This document shows, piece by piece, positions 55,864 through 64,000 of a DNA stretch of 64,000 bases. The notes below the pieces were generated by a model. That model saw only the letters and a program-made list of their open reading frames with translations. It made no database searches and was not told the origin of the DNA. Numbering within the stretch: position 1 is the first letter of the stretch; each line of letters starts with the position of its first letter. The position numbers and the translations under genes were made by a program. Location of the stretch: the NCBI GenBank assembly GCA_036556505.1, contig DATBJH010000077.1, forward strand, positions 6,862 to 70,861, read 5' to 3'. The stretch is from Gemmatimonadales bacterium. Its GTDB lineage: Bacteria > Gemmatimonadota > Gemmatimonadetes > Gemmatimonadales > GWC2-71-9.

Positions 55864-56304
55864 ATGTATCGACAGAAGTACCTGGCCTGGGCTCTGGTGG
55901 CGGGCCTGATCGCCGCCGCCACACCGGCCCTGGCTCAGACCGACGCAGCGCCGAAGTCTCCCGCTCCGGCCGATTCCGCCCGGCGCATGAAGGACCCCAT
56001 CAGCCGGATGCTGGAGCAGCGGGACCAGCTCAAGCTCACCGACGATCAGGTGCGACAGCTGGAGCAGATCCGAACCAAATATCAGGAGAAGTACCAGGGT
56101 CAGATCGAGCACCTCCGCCGCAGCCACGAGGCGCGGTCAGCGCTCCGGGCGGGGATGGACAGCGCCCGGGCCGAGATCGCCGGCGTGCTGACGCCGGAGC
56201 AGGAAAAGCAGGTGGATGCCATGCGGGAGCAGTGGCGGCGGGAGTGGAAGGATGCGCACCGTCACCACGGCCCTCACGCAAGGCACGATTCGACTGACGG
56301 GTAA
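55864..56304 (+). CDS. Periplasmic Spy/CpxP-family (LTXXQ motif) protein
   Basis: 146-aa ORF with a signal peptide ending in ALAQ. It has two LTxxQ motifs (LKLTDDQVRQL, LTPEQEKQV) and a His-rich tail. Confidence 0.7.
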   Translation: MYRQKYLAWALVAGLIAAATPALAQTDAAPKSPAPADSARRMKDPISRMLEQRDQLKLTDDQVRQLEQIRTKYQEKYQGQIEHLRRSHEARSALRAGMDSARAEIAGVLTPEQEKQVDAMREQWRREWKDAHRHHGPHARHDSTDG

Positions 56305-56313
56305 GGCGTGACC

Positions 56314-56370
56314 AATGAAACGTAAAAGGTGAAAGGGATCGACCATCCCTTTCACCTTTTACGTTTCATT
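56314..56370. terminator. Perfect 26-bp AT-rich palindrome (candidate bidirectional terminator)
   Basis: AATGAAACGTAAAAGGTGAAAGGGAT, then the loop cgacc, then ATCCCTTTCACCTTTTACGTTTCATT. The arms are exact reverse complements. It lies between convergent stops at 56304 and 56413. Confidence 0.6.
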
Positions 56371-56412
56371 TCTCGCGCTGTTCTGCCTGCTGGGCGGTTC
56401 TGGCGATCGCCC

Positions 56413-59016
56413 CTACTCCGCTTCCTTCTCCTCCTCGATCTCCTCCAGCGCCGCGACCGCCGCCTTCAGGTCCGCCGCCAGCGAGCGCTCCCGCCGCAGC
56501 GACTGGATCAGCGCCTCGGCCTGCTTCATCTGGAGACCGAGCGCGCCGGCCGACTCCATGGCGTGGTCCACGACCGTCTTCTGTGCCTGGAGACCCTCGA
56601 CGGTGGTCTTGATGCCGAGCGCGAGCGCTTCGGCCCGGGCCAGCCGCTGCTCCGCCCGATCGAGGGCGCGCTTGCGGGCCTCGAAGTCGCGCAGGGCCTC
56701 CTCGGCCACCTGGAACTTGTTCTGGGTGTCCTCCAGCAGAGCCCGGGTCTCGTCGATCTCGCGGCGGGAGGAGCCGATGACCTGGACGTTGTCCACCGCC
56801 CGCTGCGCCAGCTCGAACACGTTCTTGACCTCAGCCTCCAGCGCTTCGACCGCGCCCTGCCGCGCCAGGGTCTGCTCCAGGCCCTTGGCAGCCTCGGCCT
56901 GGGCCGACTCCCACCGCCCGAGCAGGTCCTCGAACTCTTCGAGCTGGCGCTCGATCGGCTTGAGCGCGGTGGCCCGGCTCTCCAGTTCGCCGGTCACCTG
57001 CTTCAGGGCGCCCGAGCGCTCTTCGGCGTTGGCCAGCGTCGAGCTGACGGTGCGGGAGATCTCCTCCAGCCGCTGGGCCGTCTCCGCCGCCTCCTGCCGG
57101 AGTGCCGAGGCGCGGGTGAGATGCTCCGTGGCCTTGTCCAGCGCGCCCTGCCGCTGGTCCAGCTCCTGCCCGAGCAGCCGGATGCGATCCCGCAGCTCGT
57201 CGAGCTGACCGGTGCGGCTCTCGAGCGCGCGGACCGACTCGTCCACCGACGCCGCACGCTTCTCCGCCTCGGACACCGAGCCGGTGACCTCGGCCATGGT
57301 ATCGGCGACGAGCTGAGCTTCCTCGGCCTGCTTCGCGAGCTGGGTGAACCGCGACTCCGCGGTCTCCATCCGGCCACGCAGCGCTTCCGCCCGCTCCTTC
57401 AGCTCGGCGCTCACCGCGCCGAGGTCGCCGAGACGGCGCTGCACGTCGTTGAGCGTCTCACGCCGGGCCTCGATCTCGCCCATGGCGGCCTTCACCTGCT
57501 CGACCTCGTCCCGAATGCGCTCGACCGCGGGCTCCATCCCGCTGAGCTCCTTCACCTGACCCTGCACCTTCCTGGTCCAGTTGTCGGTGTTGGTGAGCCA
57601 GGTCTCCACCTCCCCATGGCTCTCGCGGAGCCGGTTGATCTCCTCGTAGGCGGCCCGCATCTGTTCGAGGCCGTCCGCCATCATCTCCCGGGTGCCCTTG
57701 AGGGAGCCGAGGTCCTTCACCGCGGCCTCGATCCCGGGGCGCAACTCCTCGATCCGCTGCATCCGCCCGGCCACCTCGCCGGCCACGCCGTCGAGCCGGC
57801 CGACCTCCTGCCGCAGCGACGAGATCTTCTTCTCCTCCTCCAGCAGCCGGCCCAGCTCGGCGGCCAGCTCGGTCGCCTGCTCGCCGACGCTCCGCACCTG
57901 GGCGGTGACCGCCGCGGTCCCCTGGCTGGCGGCATCGAGGACCGCGAACCGGCTCTCGCACTCCTTCACCGCGTTCCGAAGATCGGCCACCCGCTCGCTG
58001 ACCGCGTGCAGGCCCCGGTTTTCCAGCTCGAAGCTCTCGCTGCTCTTCCGCATCTGCTCCCGGAGATCGTTGAGCGACTGCCGGGCGGCCTGCTGGGCCT
58101 CCTCGGTCTGGGTGGCCATCTGCTGCAGCTCCTCGGACCGCGCCATCACCTTGCTCTGCACCGCATGGACCTCGGAAATCTTGGCCTCGATCTGGCCGAA
58201 ACGGCGGATCTGCTCCTCCTGGCGGCGGAGCCAGGCGTCCAGCTCGCGGTCGAGCCGGGTGAGCTGGCTGATCTGGGTCGCCGCGCGATCGACCGCCTCG
58301 CGCTGCTGCTCCAGGGCGGCCGACTTCTGGGCCACCTGATCGGCGAGCGCCTTGAGCACGGCGAGCCGGTGCTGGAGATCGGGGACCGCGGTGACGGCCT
58401 GGTTCACCGGCTCGAGCGCACGCTCGACCGCCTGTACCCGACGGCCGACCTCATCCAGCCTGGAGGCGACCGTCTGGTACTCTTCGTTGAAGTGCTCCAG
58501 GCGCGCGGTGCTGTGCCGGTGAGCGCGCAGCGCGTCGTCGGCCTGGGTCCGCATCCGGGTCACGTCCTCGCCCATTTCGTCGAGCTGCTTGCGCAGGCCC
58601 TCGGCGTCGGTCCGCACCGTCCCGATGGGGCCCTCGAGGCTGAGGAAGCCTTCGATCTGCTCCCGCAGCTTGAGCGCCGCATCGATCTTGTGGCCGAACT
58701 CGCCCATCCGGCCCTGGAGCTGATCGATCTCGGCGTTGGCGCCGGCGACCCGCTCGAGCTGGATCTCGGCCTCGGCGATGCGGGCCTGGGAAACCTCCAT
58801 CCCGTTCACCTTCTGCTCGACCGCCTCACACCGCTCGCGAAGGGTGCTGAACTCCTCGGATCGCTCGAGGACCGCGCTCATGGCGCGCAGCGTTTCGATC
58901 GCCTGCTCCGCGCGGGCGACGAGCGTTTCGAGGGCGAGCGTGATGTGGGCTCCGCTGGAATCGACGGCGACGACTCCGTCGTCCGACCGGCGGCGGCCCT
59001 TGAGGAAGGAGACCAT
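56413..59016 (-). CDS. Large coiled-coil protein (867 aa), function unknown
   Basis: ATG at 59016, preceded by GGAG at 7 nt. The sequence is almost entirely E/A/L/R/Q-rich and heptad-like, with no nucleotide-binding motifs seen. It ends in an acidic EEIEEEKEAE tail. Confidence 0.7.
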   Translation of the reverse strand: MVSFLKGRRRSDDGVVAVDSSGAHITLALETLVARAEQAIETLRAMSAVLERSEEFSTLRERCEAVEQKVNGMEVSQARIAEAEIQLERVAGANAEIDQLQGRMGEFGHKIDAALKLREQIEGFLSLEGPIGTVRTDAEGLRKQLDEMGEDVTRMRTQADDALRAHRHSTARLEHFNEEYQTVASRLDEVGRRVQAVERALEPVNQAVTAVPDLQHRLAVLKALADQVAQKSAALEQQREAVDRAATQISQLTRLDRELDAWLRRQEEQIRRFGQIEAKISEVHAVQSKVMARSEELQQMATQTEEAQQAARQSLNDLREQMRKSSESFELENRGLHAVSERVADLRNAVKECESRFAVLDAASQGTAAVTAQVRSVGEQATELAAELGRLLEEEKKISSLRQEVGRLDGVAGEVAGRMQRIEELRPGIEAAVKDLGSLKGTREMMADGLEQMRAAYEEINRLRESHGEVETWLTNTDNWTRKVQGQVKELSGMEPAVERIRDEVEQVKAAMGEIEARRETLNDVQRRLGDLGAVSAELKERAEALRGRMETAESRFTQLAKQAEEAQLVADTMAEVTGSVSEAEKRAASVDESVRALESRTGQLDELRDRIRLLGQELDQRQGALDKATEHLTRASALRQEAAETAQRLEEISRTVSSTLANAEERSGALKQVTGELESRATALKPIERQLEEFEDLLGRWESAQAEAAKGLEQTLARQGAVEALEAEVKNVFELAQRAVDNVQVIGSSRREIDETRALLEDTQNKFQVAEEALRDFEARKRALDRAEQRLARAEALALGIKTTVEGLQAQKTVVDHAMESAGALGLQMKQAEALIQSLRRERSLAADLKAAVAALEEIEEEKEAE

Positions 59017-59236
59017 GGCGTTTGCTCCGAGGGCGAGGCTCTTTTGGGCGGTGGATCGCGAGTGAGCGCGGGAACCGTGCCGTTAGGTGCAACCGGTATG
59101 CCCGGACCCCGGGGCCGGCACGAGACTTAAGGATGTGGATCAGGTGAGCCGCGCAAGTACCTGCCTGGAAGAGACATGCCGGGAATTAGGTCGCGCGGCT
59201 CCTGAGGGCGGAAATGCAGTCGTTCCGGCCGAGGAT

Positions 59237-59267
59237 GGCGACCTGCCCTCGCCTTTGGCAGGTCGCC
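59237..59267. other. Perfect 11-bp GC-rich stem-loop, function unknown
   Basis: GGCGACCTGCC (59237-47) pairs with GGCAGGTCGCC (59257-67) around a 9-nt loop. It lies inside the 368-nt gap between the TamA-like and coiled-coil genes. Confidence 0.3.
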
Positions 59268-59384
59268 AGAGAGGCGACGACCAGGTTGTTGGGCCGCAGA
59301 TGTTGGCAGAAGAAGCCGCAGATTGCCTCCTGACCGGGGCATCTCCCGGCTCCGAACCCCAGACCATGGTGGTCAACGGGCTAA

Positions 59385-61529
59385 TCAGAAGGTGGCCCCG
59401 ATCGAGAAGTGCAGCTGGAACCTCCTCCACGAGTTCGTGGATAGAGGTCCAATCGGCCTCCCTTCCCGGAGCGCTTGTAGCACATCATCGGGATCCCGAA
59501 GATCGAGAGCGGAGGGATTCACCTTGTATCCCAGCGCCACCTGGACCGCCCCCACGACGGTCTCGTAGCCGATGCCGACCCCGGTCCCCATGAAGAAACG
59601 GTCCTCGCCCACCTCCTCGGCGTCGGGGTCGAAGCGCTCGTCCGACGTCCAGATCCTGGCTCCGTCGAGAAAGGCGAACGTCTGCCACTTGTCGTCGAAT
59701 CCCGGCAGCGGCATCTGCACCTCCGCGCTGGCGTGCACTCGGGAGAGACCGCCAACCGGCGTATACCGCTGGGAGAAGAAGACGTCCTGGCCGGCCTCCT
59801 CGCGGACGCGCACCTCCGGGAGCTTGGGCCCCACCAGCTGGCTGCCCCAGCCGCGCACGTCGCGCGATCCGCCGGCGCTGAAGGTGACGTCGCGGAGGCG
59901 CAGCAGGGAGACGAACGGCGATTCGACGAGGGCGTCGTCCACGCTCTTCCCGTAGGGAAAGATCCGCCCGACGCTGCTCCGCAGGGTGAAGCCGATACGG
60001 TCGTTCAGCGGGTAGAATCCGGTCGCGCCGAAGTCGAGCAGGAGGTACTCGCTGGTGTTGAAGCCTGGAAGGGTCACCGAGGCTCGTGGCCGCAGGACGT
60101 ATCCGCGCCGCGGGTTGGCGAACGCGTCGAGCTCACCCCAGCTGCCGTCGAGCGTCAGGGTGCTACGGTTGAAGATCGTGCCCAGGGACCCTACGGCCGC
60201 CGAGTCCTCCAGGCCGAGCAGCGGCAGATAATCGATCGGATCGAGGTCTTCGCTGAAGCCGTAGTCGAACACCTGCCGATGGGAGAGGCTGTAGCCCAGC
60301 GAGATGGAGCGCAGCGGGCTGGTCGCGTACACCAGCGTGCCATCGAACCCCACCGCCTGCGACCGATCCCGGAGGTCGTCGCGGTATTCCACCCAGGGCC
60401 CTCCCGCCAGCGAGAGTCGTCGGGTGCCGACGTAGGGCTGGAAGAAGGTGAGGGCGAGGCGATAGCGCTGCTCCGCGGGCGATTCCAGCGCCAGCAGCCC
60501 GGTCTGCGCGGTCATCGACACCGAGAAGGTCCGAAGCCCGTGCATGAAGCTCCGGTGCATCCACTCCACCTGCCCGCTCAGGCCTCCGCTGGATATGAGG
60601 CCCGCCTCGCCGCTGACCTGTTGCGGAGGATTCTCGGTCACGCCGACGCTCACGACCACGCTGGAGTCGTCGGCACTGCCCCGCGGGACATTGAGCAGCG
60701 CGAGTCGCACGATGGGGAACTGCGCGAGCCGAGCCCGCCCCTCCTCCAGCTCGGCCGCGTCGTACCAGTCGCCCTTGTCGAGCGGGAGCTGTCGGGTGAA
60801 GTCGTTCGCCGGCACCGTCTCATTTCCGTTGACGGCGATGTCACGGACCCGCGCGCGGAGACCTGGCTGCACCCGGACCACGACATCGGCGCGATAGGCG
60901 GCGGTGTCCACCAGCGCATCCGCCTGCGCCCCGCCGAAGGGGTAACCCCGATTGCGGAGCCACCGCGCGGTGCGTTCGGCGAGCGCGCGCCGCTCGCCCT
61001 CACCGAAGCGGCCACCCACCTGACGTTCCGCGCGGATGAATTCGTCCCACTCCTTCTCCAGGTCGGGGTCGATCGCTGGTGGGCCGCTGTCCCGGGCAAT
61101 GAACTGCACGTTGCGCAGCTGAATCGGAGGGCCCTCGTCGATCAGGAAGGCCACCTCCACCAGGTCCTCCTTGGCATCGTACCGGACGTCGTAGTCCACC
61201 TTCGCCTTGAGGAAGCCGGAGAGGACATAGACGTTCCTGAGCCGAACGACGTCCCGCTGCAGCTCGACCGGCTTGAAGGGGTGGTTGCCTACCGCCGTCA
61301 CGAACGGAATCCAGCCGAAGATGCGCCGCAGACCGACAAAGCTGCCGCGCTCCGTCATCGCGATGTGGGGGCGAAGGTCCCGCTCGAGCAGCGTCTGCCC
61401 GCCGGTGAACCGGAACTCGATGCTCTTGACCTGGGTCTTCGGGCCAACGCCGGTGAGCGCGTCCTGCGCCGCGAGCGGGGAACCCGCGAGCAGCAGGGCG
61501 AGCGCGAGAGCGGCACGCTCAGAATGCAT
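59385..61529 (-). CDS. BamA/TamA-family outer-membrane protein (POTRA domains plus Omp85 barrel)
   Basis: 714-aa ORF with a signal peptide, POTRA-like N-terminal repeats, a beta-barrel region and a C-terminus ending in ...SIGATF. It lies immediately after a TamB-like gene with an 11-nt overlap. Confidence 0.85.
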   Translation of the reverse strand: MHSERAALALALLLAGSPLAAQDALTGVGPKTQVKSIEFRFTGGQTLLERDLRPHIAMTERGSFVGLRRIFGWIPFVTAVGNHPFKPVELQRDVVRLRNVYVLSGFLKAKVDYDVRYDAKEDLVEVAFLIDEGPPIQLRNVQFIARDSGPPAIDPDLEKEWDEFIRAERQVGGRFGEGERRALAERTARWLRNRGYPFGGAQADALVDTAAYRADVVVRVQPGLRARVRDIAVNGNETVPANDFTRQLPLDKGDWYDAAELEEGRARLAQFPIVRLALLNVPRGSADDSSVVVSVGVTENPPQQVSGEAGLISSGGLSGQVEWMHRSFMHGLRTFSVSMTAQTGLLALESPAEQRYRLALTFFQPYVGTRRLSLAGGPWVEYRDDLRDRSQAVGFDGTLVYATSPLRSISLGYSLSHRQVFDYGFSEDLDPIDYLPLLGLEDSAAVGSLGTIFNRSTLTLDGSWGELDAFANPRRGYVLRPRASVTLPGFNTSEYLLLDFGATGFYPLNDRIGFTLRSSVGRIFPYGKSVDDALVESPFVSLLRLRDVTFSAGGSRDVRGWGSQLVGPKLPEVRVREEAGQDVFFSQRYTPVGGLSRVHASAEVQMPLPGFDDKWQTFAFLDGARIWTSDERFDPDAEEVGEDRFFMGTGVGIGYETVVGAVQVALGYKVNPSALDLRDPDDVLQALREGRPIGPLSTNSWRRFQLHFSIGATF

Positions 61530-64000
61530 AGCGGCCCCGCATCAGTGCGCTGGCCGGGAGGCTGCCCCCACGCAACGTGCTGCGAAGCCAGCGGCGCCAG
61601 GCGTACTCCAGCTCGAACCCGGGTCCGCTGGTCTCGGTGGTCTGCTGGTCCGAGTTGGTGCCGATCCGAAGCGGCTGGTGAAGACTGACGAAGACCCGTG
61701 CGCCGAGGTATCGGCCTGCAGTCAGCGTGAGACCCTGTTCCGGCTCCTGACGGATCGTGAACACGTCGAAGCCCAGCTCTTCGCCCGCGGCGCTGCCGAG
61801 GGTTCCGGCCAGCTGGCCGACGGCGACCTGAGTCGCGTTCACTCCGCCGCCCTGCTGATCCACCAGCGGATTGTCCGAGGCCGGCCGACCGGTCACGATG
61901 TAGGAGATGATGTCGTCCTGTCCCATCGCGGGATCGGCCTCGAAGGCCAGGCCGAGGCTGTCCGGGCGGCCGGTGGCGTGCACATTGATGACCACTTCCT
62001 CGGCGTCCGGGTCGCCCTCGGTGGGCACCCGGTACTGCGCGGTGACGTCGAGGTTGGTCGAGTCGACCGGGCCCCGCAGCGCGATCTCTCCCTCGGTCAG
62101 CTGGAAGGTGCGGCCGTAGAGGTCGAGCTCGCCGCGATCCGGAATCGGCTCCACCTGCCCGAAGAACTGCATCTCCCCTCCGGGCTCCTGCCGCAGGTTG
62201 ATCCGGCCGGCAAGCTCGATGTCCATGCTGGGGCTCTGCGCCTTCCGGAGCCACACCCGCCTCGAAAAGGACAGATCCAGGTTCATGCGGAAGCGATCCA
62301 GGAATCCCGATTCCTCCTTCGCTCCCGCGGCCGCGGCGGCGGGCCCGAAGCGCTGGGCAAGTTGCTGGAGGTCGGCGGGGGTGAGCTGGACCTCCTCCAC
62401 GGCTGTCGCCGTCTCCGCGCCGGCGAAGATCTCCGCCTCCGCCAACTGGAGCTTCCCGGTCAACACCGGCTCCGCCGCGGTGCCGGCCAGCCGCACATCG
62501 CCGGTGGCCACCGCGTGGAGCTGGTCCGAGTGGGAAACCAGGAAGTCCTTGAGCCTGGCGTCGATCGCGAGGGCCGGGTCGGTCAGGGGCTCCAGACGCA
62601 CATCACCGCTGGCAAAGAGTTCCTGGTCCTCGCCGGTCAGGATCCGCAGGGTGTCGATCCTGAAGCGCTCACCATCGAGGCGCCCAGCCAGCCGTCCCTC
62701 GCGGTAGGTGACGCCCAGTACCGGGAGCTCGACGCCGAGGTCGCGCAGGCCGACGGTGCCAGTGACTCGTGGCTGATCGGGCGTGCCCCCGACGCGGGCA
62801 TTCACGGCGAGAGCGCCGGTGAGATCGGCGGCCGTTTCCTCCGGCAGCAACGGCTGGAACAGACCCAGATCGAAACTGTCGGCGCGCACCGCGAGGGCCA
62901 TGGTATCCGCCGGCTCCCGCGCGAACCCGACCTGCGCGGCGGTGTCCTCCGGAGCCAGCGTGAGCCTCCAGGGAAGCGTCCCGGCCACGGTCAGCCGGCC
63001 GCCCCCGGTGCGGGGCCCGGCGAACGCGTTGAGTCGAAGCCCCGCCCGGGTCCACGCCAGCTCCGACCCGATTCGTCCCAGGTTGTCCCCGCCGCTCCTG
63101 CGGACGTCGAAGCCCACCTTTCCTTCGAGCGACGGCGCTTCGGCGGGGCCCGAAAGCCTGAGGATACCGTCCAACCGTCCGGCGATGGGGACGAGCCTCG
63201 CCTGCTCGAGCGCGTCCAGGTCGAAGCCGGTGATGCGGACCGTCATGTCGCTGGAGTCACGGGGGGCGAAGACACCGTCGAGCGTGATGCTCCGGTCGCC
63301 TGCCCCGAGGTTGAACCCTCGTACCTCGACGACGCTGGGCCGGAGCCCGATCATAGCGGGCCGCTCGAGCTGCCACCTGCGACCGCCCTCGCGGACATCG
63401 AGCCGTCGGAGCGTTGCGAGTGTGCTGTCGCCGCTCGCGGTTCCGCCCAGGTCGAGGGTCAGACCCATATCGTCGTTGACGACGACGGCGCCCTGGACGG
63501 CGACCAGCGAGTCGTAGCGGCCGCTCAGATCGACGCGCTGCACCGAGAGCTTGCCCACGGCCGCCCCCAGCACGCGCAGCCGGCCGCCGAAGGCGACCCT
63601 ACCGGCGCTGTCCATCACGCCCGACCCTTCGGCCGTGAGCCGCTCGGCCAAGGTGCCGCCGTACAGGAGCCGGAAGGCGTCCGCGTGCCCTTCGATCTTT
63701 CGCCGCTCCGGCGGGCCTGAGACGGTGAGGTCGAGGAGAGTGGAGTCCATCACGACCGAGTCTGCGCCGGCAAGGAGGGCAAGCGGAGTGAGGTCGCCGG
63801 TCCGGCCGCTGATTCGGAACGAGCCGGTCGCCGCGCTCGGACCGGAGCGCAGGGCGATGCGGCCGCCACCGTCGAGAGCCATCGCGTTGGATCGAACAAT
63901 CAGCGTGTCCACCTCGACAGCGCCGGGGGAGGGGCGGAACGCGGCGTAGAGCTGTTGCAGCCGCACGCCGCCGACTCCTCCGAGCGCGCTGACCTGCCCG
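61519..64000 (-). CDS. TamB-like translocation and assembly module protein (DUF490 C-terminus); the 5' end lies beyond the window
   Basis: The ORF is open to the window edge (track 61519..63966). It has long beta-rich repetitive sequence. The C-terminal block is ...LTLTAGRYLGARVFVSL...GFELEYAWRRWLRS, typical of DUF490. Confidence 0.8.
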   Translation of the reverse strand, partial: GQVSALGGVGGVRLQQLYAAFRPSPGAVEVDTLIVRSNAMALDGGGRIALRSGPSAATGSFRISGRTGDLTPLALLAGADSVVMDSTLLDLTVSGPPERRKIEGHADAFRLLYGGTLAERLTAEGSGVMDSAGRVAFGGRLRVLGAAVGKLSVQRVDLSGRYDSLVAVQGAVVVNDDMGLTLDLGGTASGDSTLATLRRLDVREGGRRWQLERPAMIGLRPSVVEVRGFNLGAGDRSITLDGVFAPRDSSDMTVRITGFDLDALEQARLVPIAGRLDGILRLSGPAEAPSLEGKVGFDVRRSGGDNLGRIGSELAWTRAGLRLNAFAGPRTGGGRLTVAGTLPWRLTLAPEDTAAQVGFAREPADTMALAVRADSFDLGLFQPLLPEETAADLTGALAVNARVGGTPDQPRVTGTVGLRDLGVELPVLGVTYREGRLAGRLDGERFRIDTLRILTGEDQELFASGDVRLEPLTDPALAIDARLKDFLVSHSDQLHAVATGDVRLAGTAAEPVLTGKLQLAEAEIFAGAETATAVEEVQLTPADLQQLAQRFGPAAAAAGAKEESGFLDRFRMNLDLSFSRRVWLRKAQSPSMDIELAGRINLRQEPGGEMQFFGQVEPIPDRGELDLYGRTFQLTEGEIALRGPVDSTNLDVTAQYRVPTEGDPDAEEVVINVHATGRPDSLGLAFEADPAMGQDDIISYIVTGRPASDNPLVDQQGGGVNATQVAVGQLAGTLGSAAGEELGFDVFTIRQEPEQGLTLTAGRYLGARVFVSLHQPLRIGTNSDQQTTETSGPGFELEYAWRRWLRSTLRGGSLPASALMRGRYAF

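Noticed and set aside
56329-59130. A 933-aa plus-strand ORF covering the whole coiled-coil locus.
   Set aside because: It is the antisense shadow of the minus-strand gene. Its product is a monotonous L/R/G/P-rich sequence with no start context. The minus strand has a GGAG-ATG start and a coherent heptad-like protein. Confirmation still needs strand-specific data.
59127-59430. Small minus-strand ORFs (59127-59342 and 59140-59430) in the gap between the TamA-like and coiled-coil genes.
   Set aside because: They have Pro/Arg/Ser-rich composition and no ribosome-binding site, and one overlaps the TamA-like 3' end. There is no evidence that they are coding.

Overview
This is a 64-kb window of very GC-rich DNA (about 70% by eye). 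It comes from a diderm bacterium: BamA/TamA- and TamB-family genes, an outer-membrane beta-barrel and lipoprotein signals are all present. The gene content and repeat style resemble Gemmatimonadota/Acidobacteriota-type soil bacteria, but that is an inference I cannot verify here.

I call about 50 tightly packed protein-coding genes, many with 4-nt start/stop overlaps. I recognised no rRNA, tRNA, CRISPR array, transposase, integrase or prophage genes.

Coding content:
- Cell-envelope enzymes: a PBP1A fragment, an SLT lytic transglycosylase, PBP4 and cardiolipin synthase.
- Housekeeping genes: nfo, efp, hrpB, an FtsH-type protease, an AlaX-type editing protein and a sigma-70 family factor.
- A MoxR-DUF58-DUF4381-BatA-BatB/C (Bat/aerotolerance-type) operon.
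- A CUT1-type sugar ABC transporter.
- Two Hanks-type Ser/Thr kinases with extracytoplasmic sensor modules.
- A MASE1-PAS hybrid histidine kinase and an HD-GYP-type protein.
- A stand-alone LigD polymerase-domain gene.
- A three-gene operon of secreted beta-propeller proteins.
- An 867-aa coiled-coil protein.
- A TamB-TamA pair; TamB runs off the 3' edge of the window.

The most unusual signal is non-coding:
- 8-bp tandem arrays (GGCGGTNN) occur at three intergenic loci, twice as inverted arm pairs.
- A four-copy REP/MITE-like palindrome family (TGTCAYCC..GAGCG / CGCTC..GGRTGACA) is also present. At one locus it is nested inside the octamer arms and fills a convergent intergenic region exactly from stop codon to stop codon.
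- Element termini supply identical R-L-S-P-stop tails to two unrelated genes. One copy sits in frame inside the BatB/BatC ORF.

Other items worth follow-up:
- A translationally coupled ATP-grasp plus four-zinc-ribbon HExxH protein pair.
- A MoaD/ThiS-like carrier coupled to a ThrC-family PLP enzyme.
- A lipoprotein whose signal peptide is only reachable from a CTG start.
- A 26-bp perfect AT-rich palindrome between convergent genes.

All functional calls rest on motifs read by eye from the supplied translations. No database search was possible.
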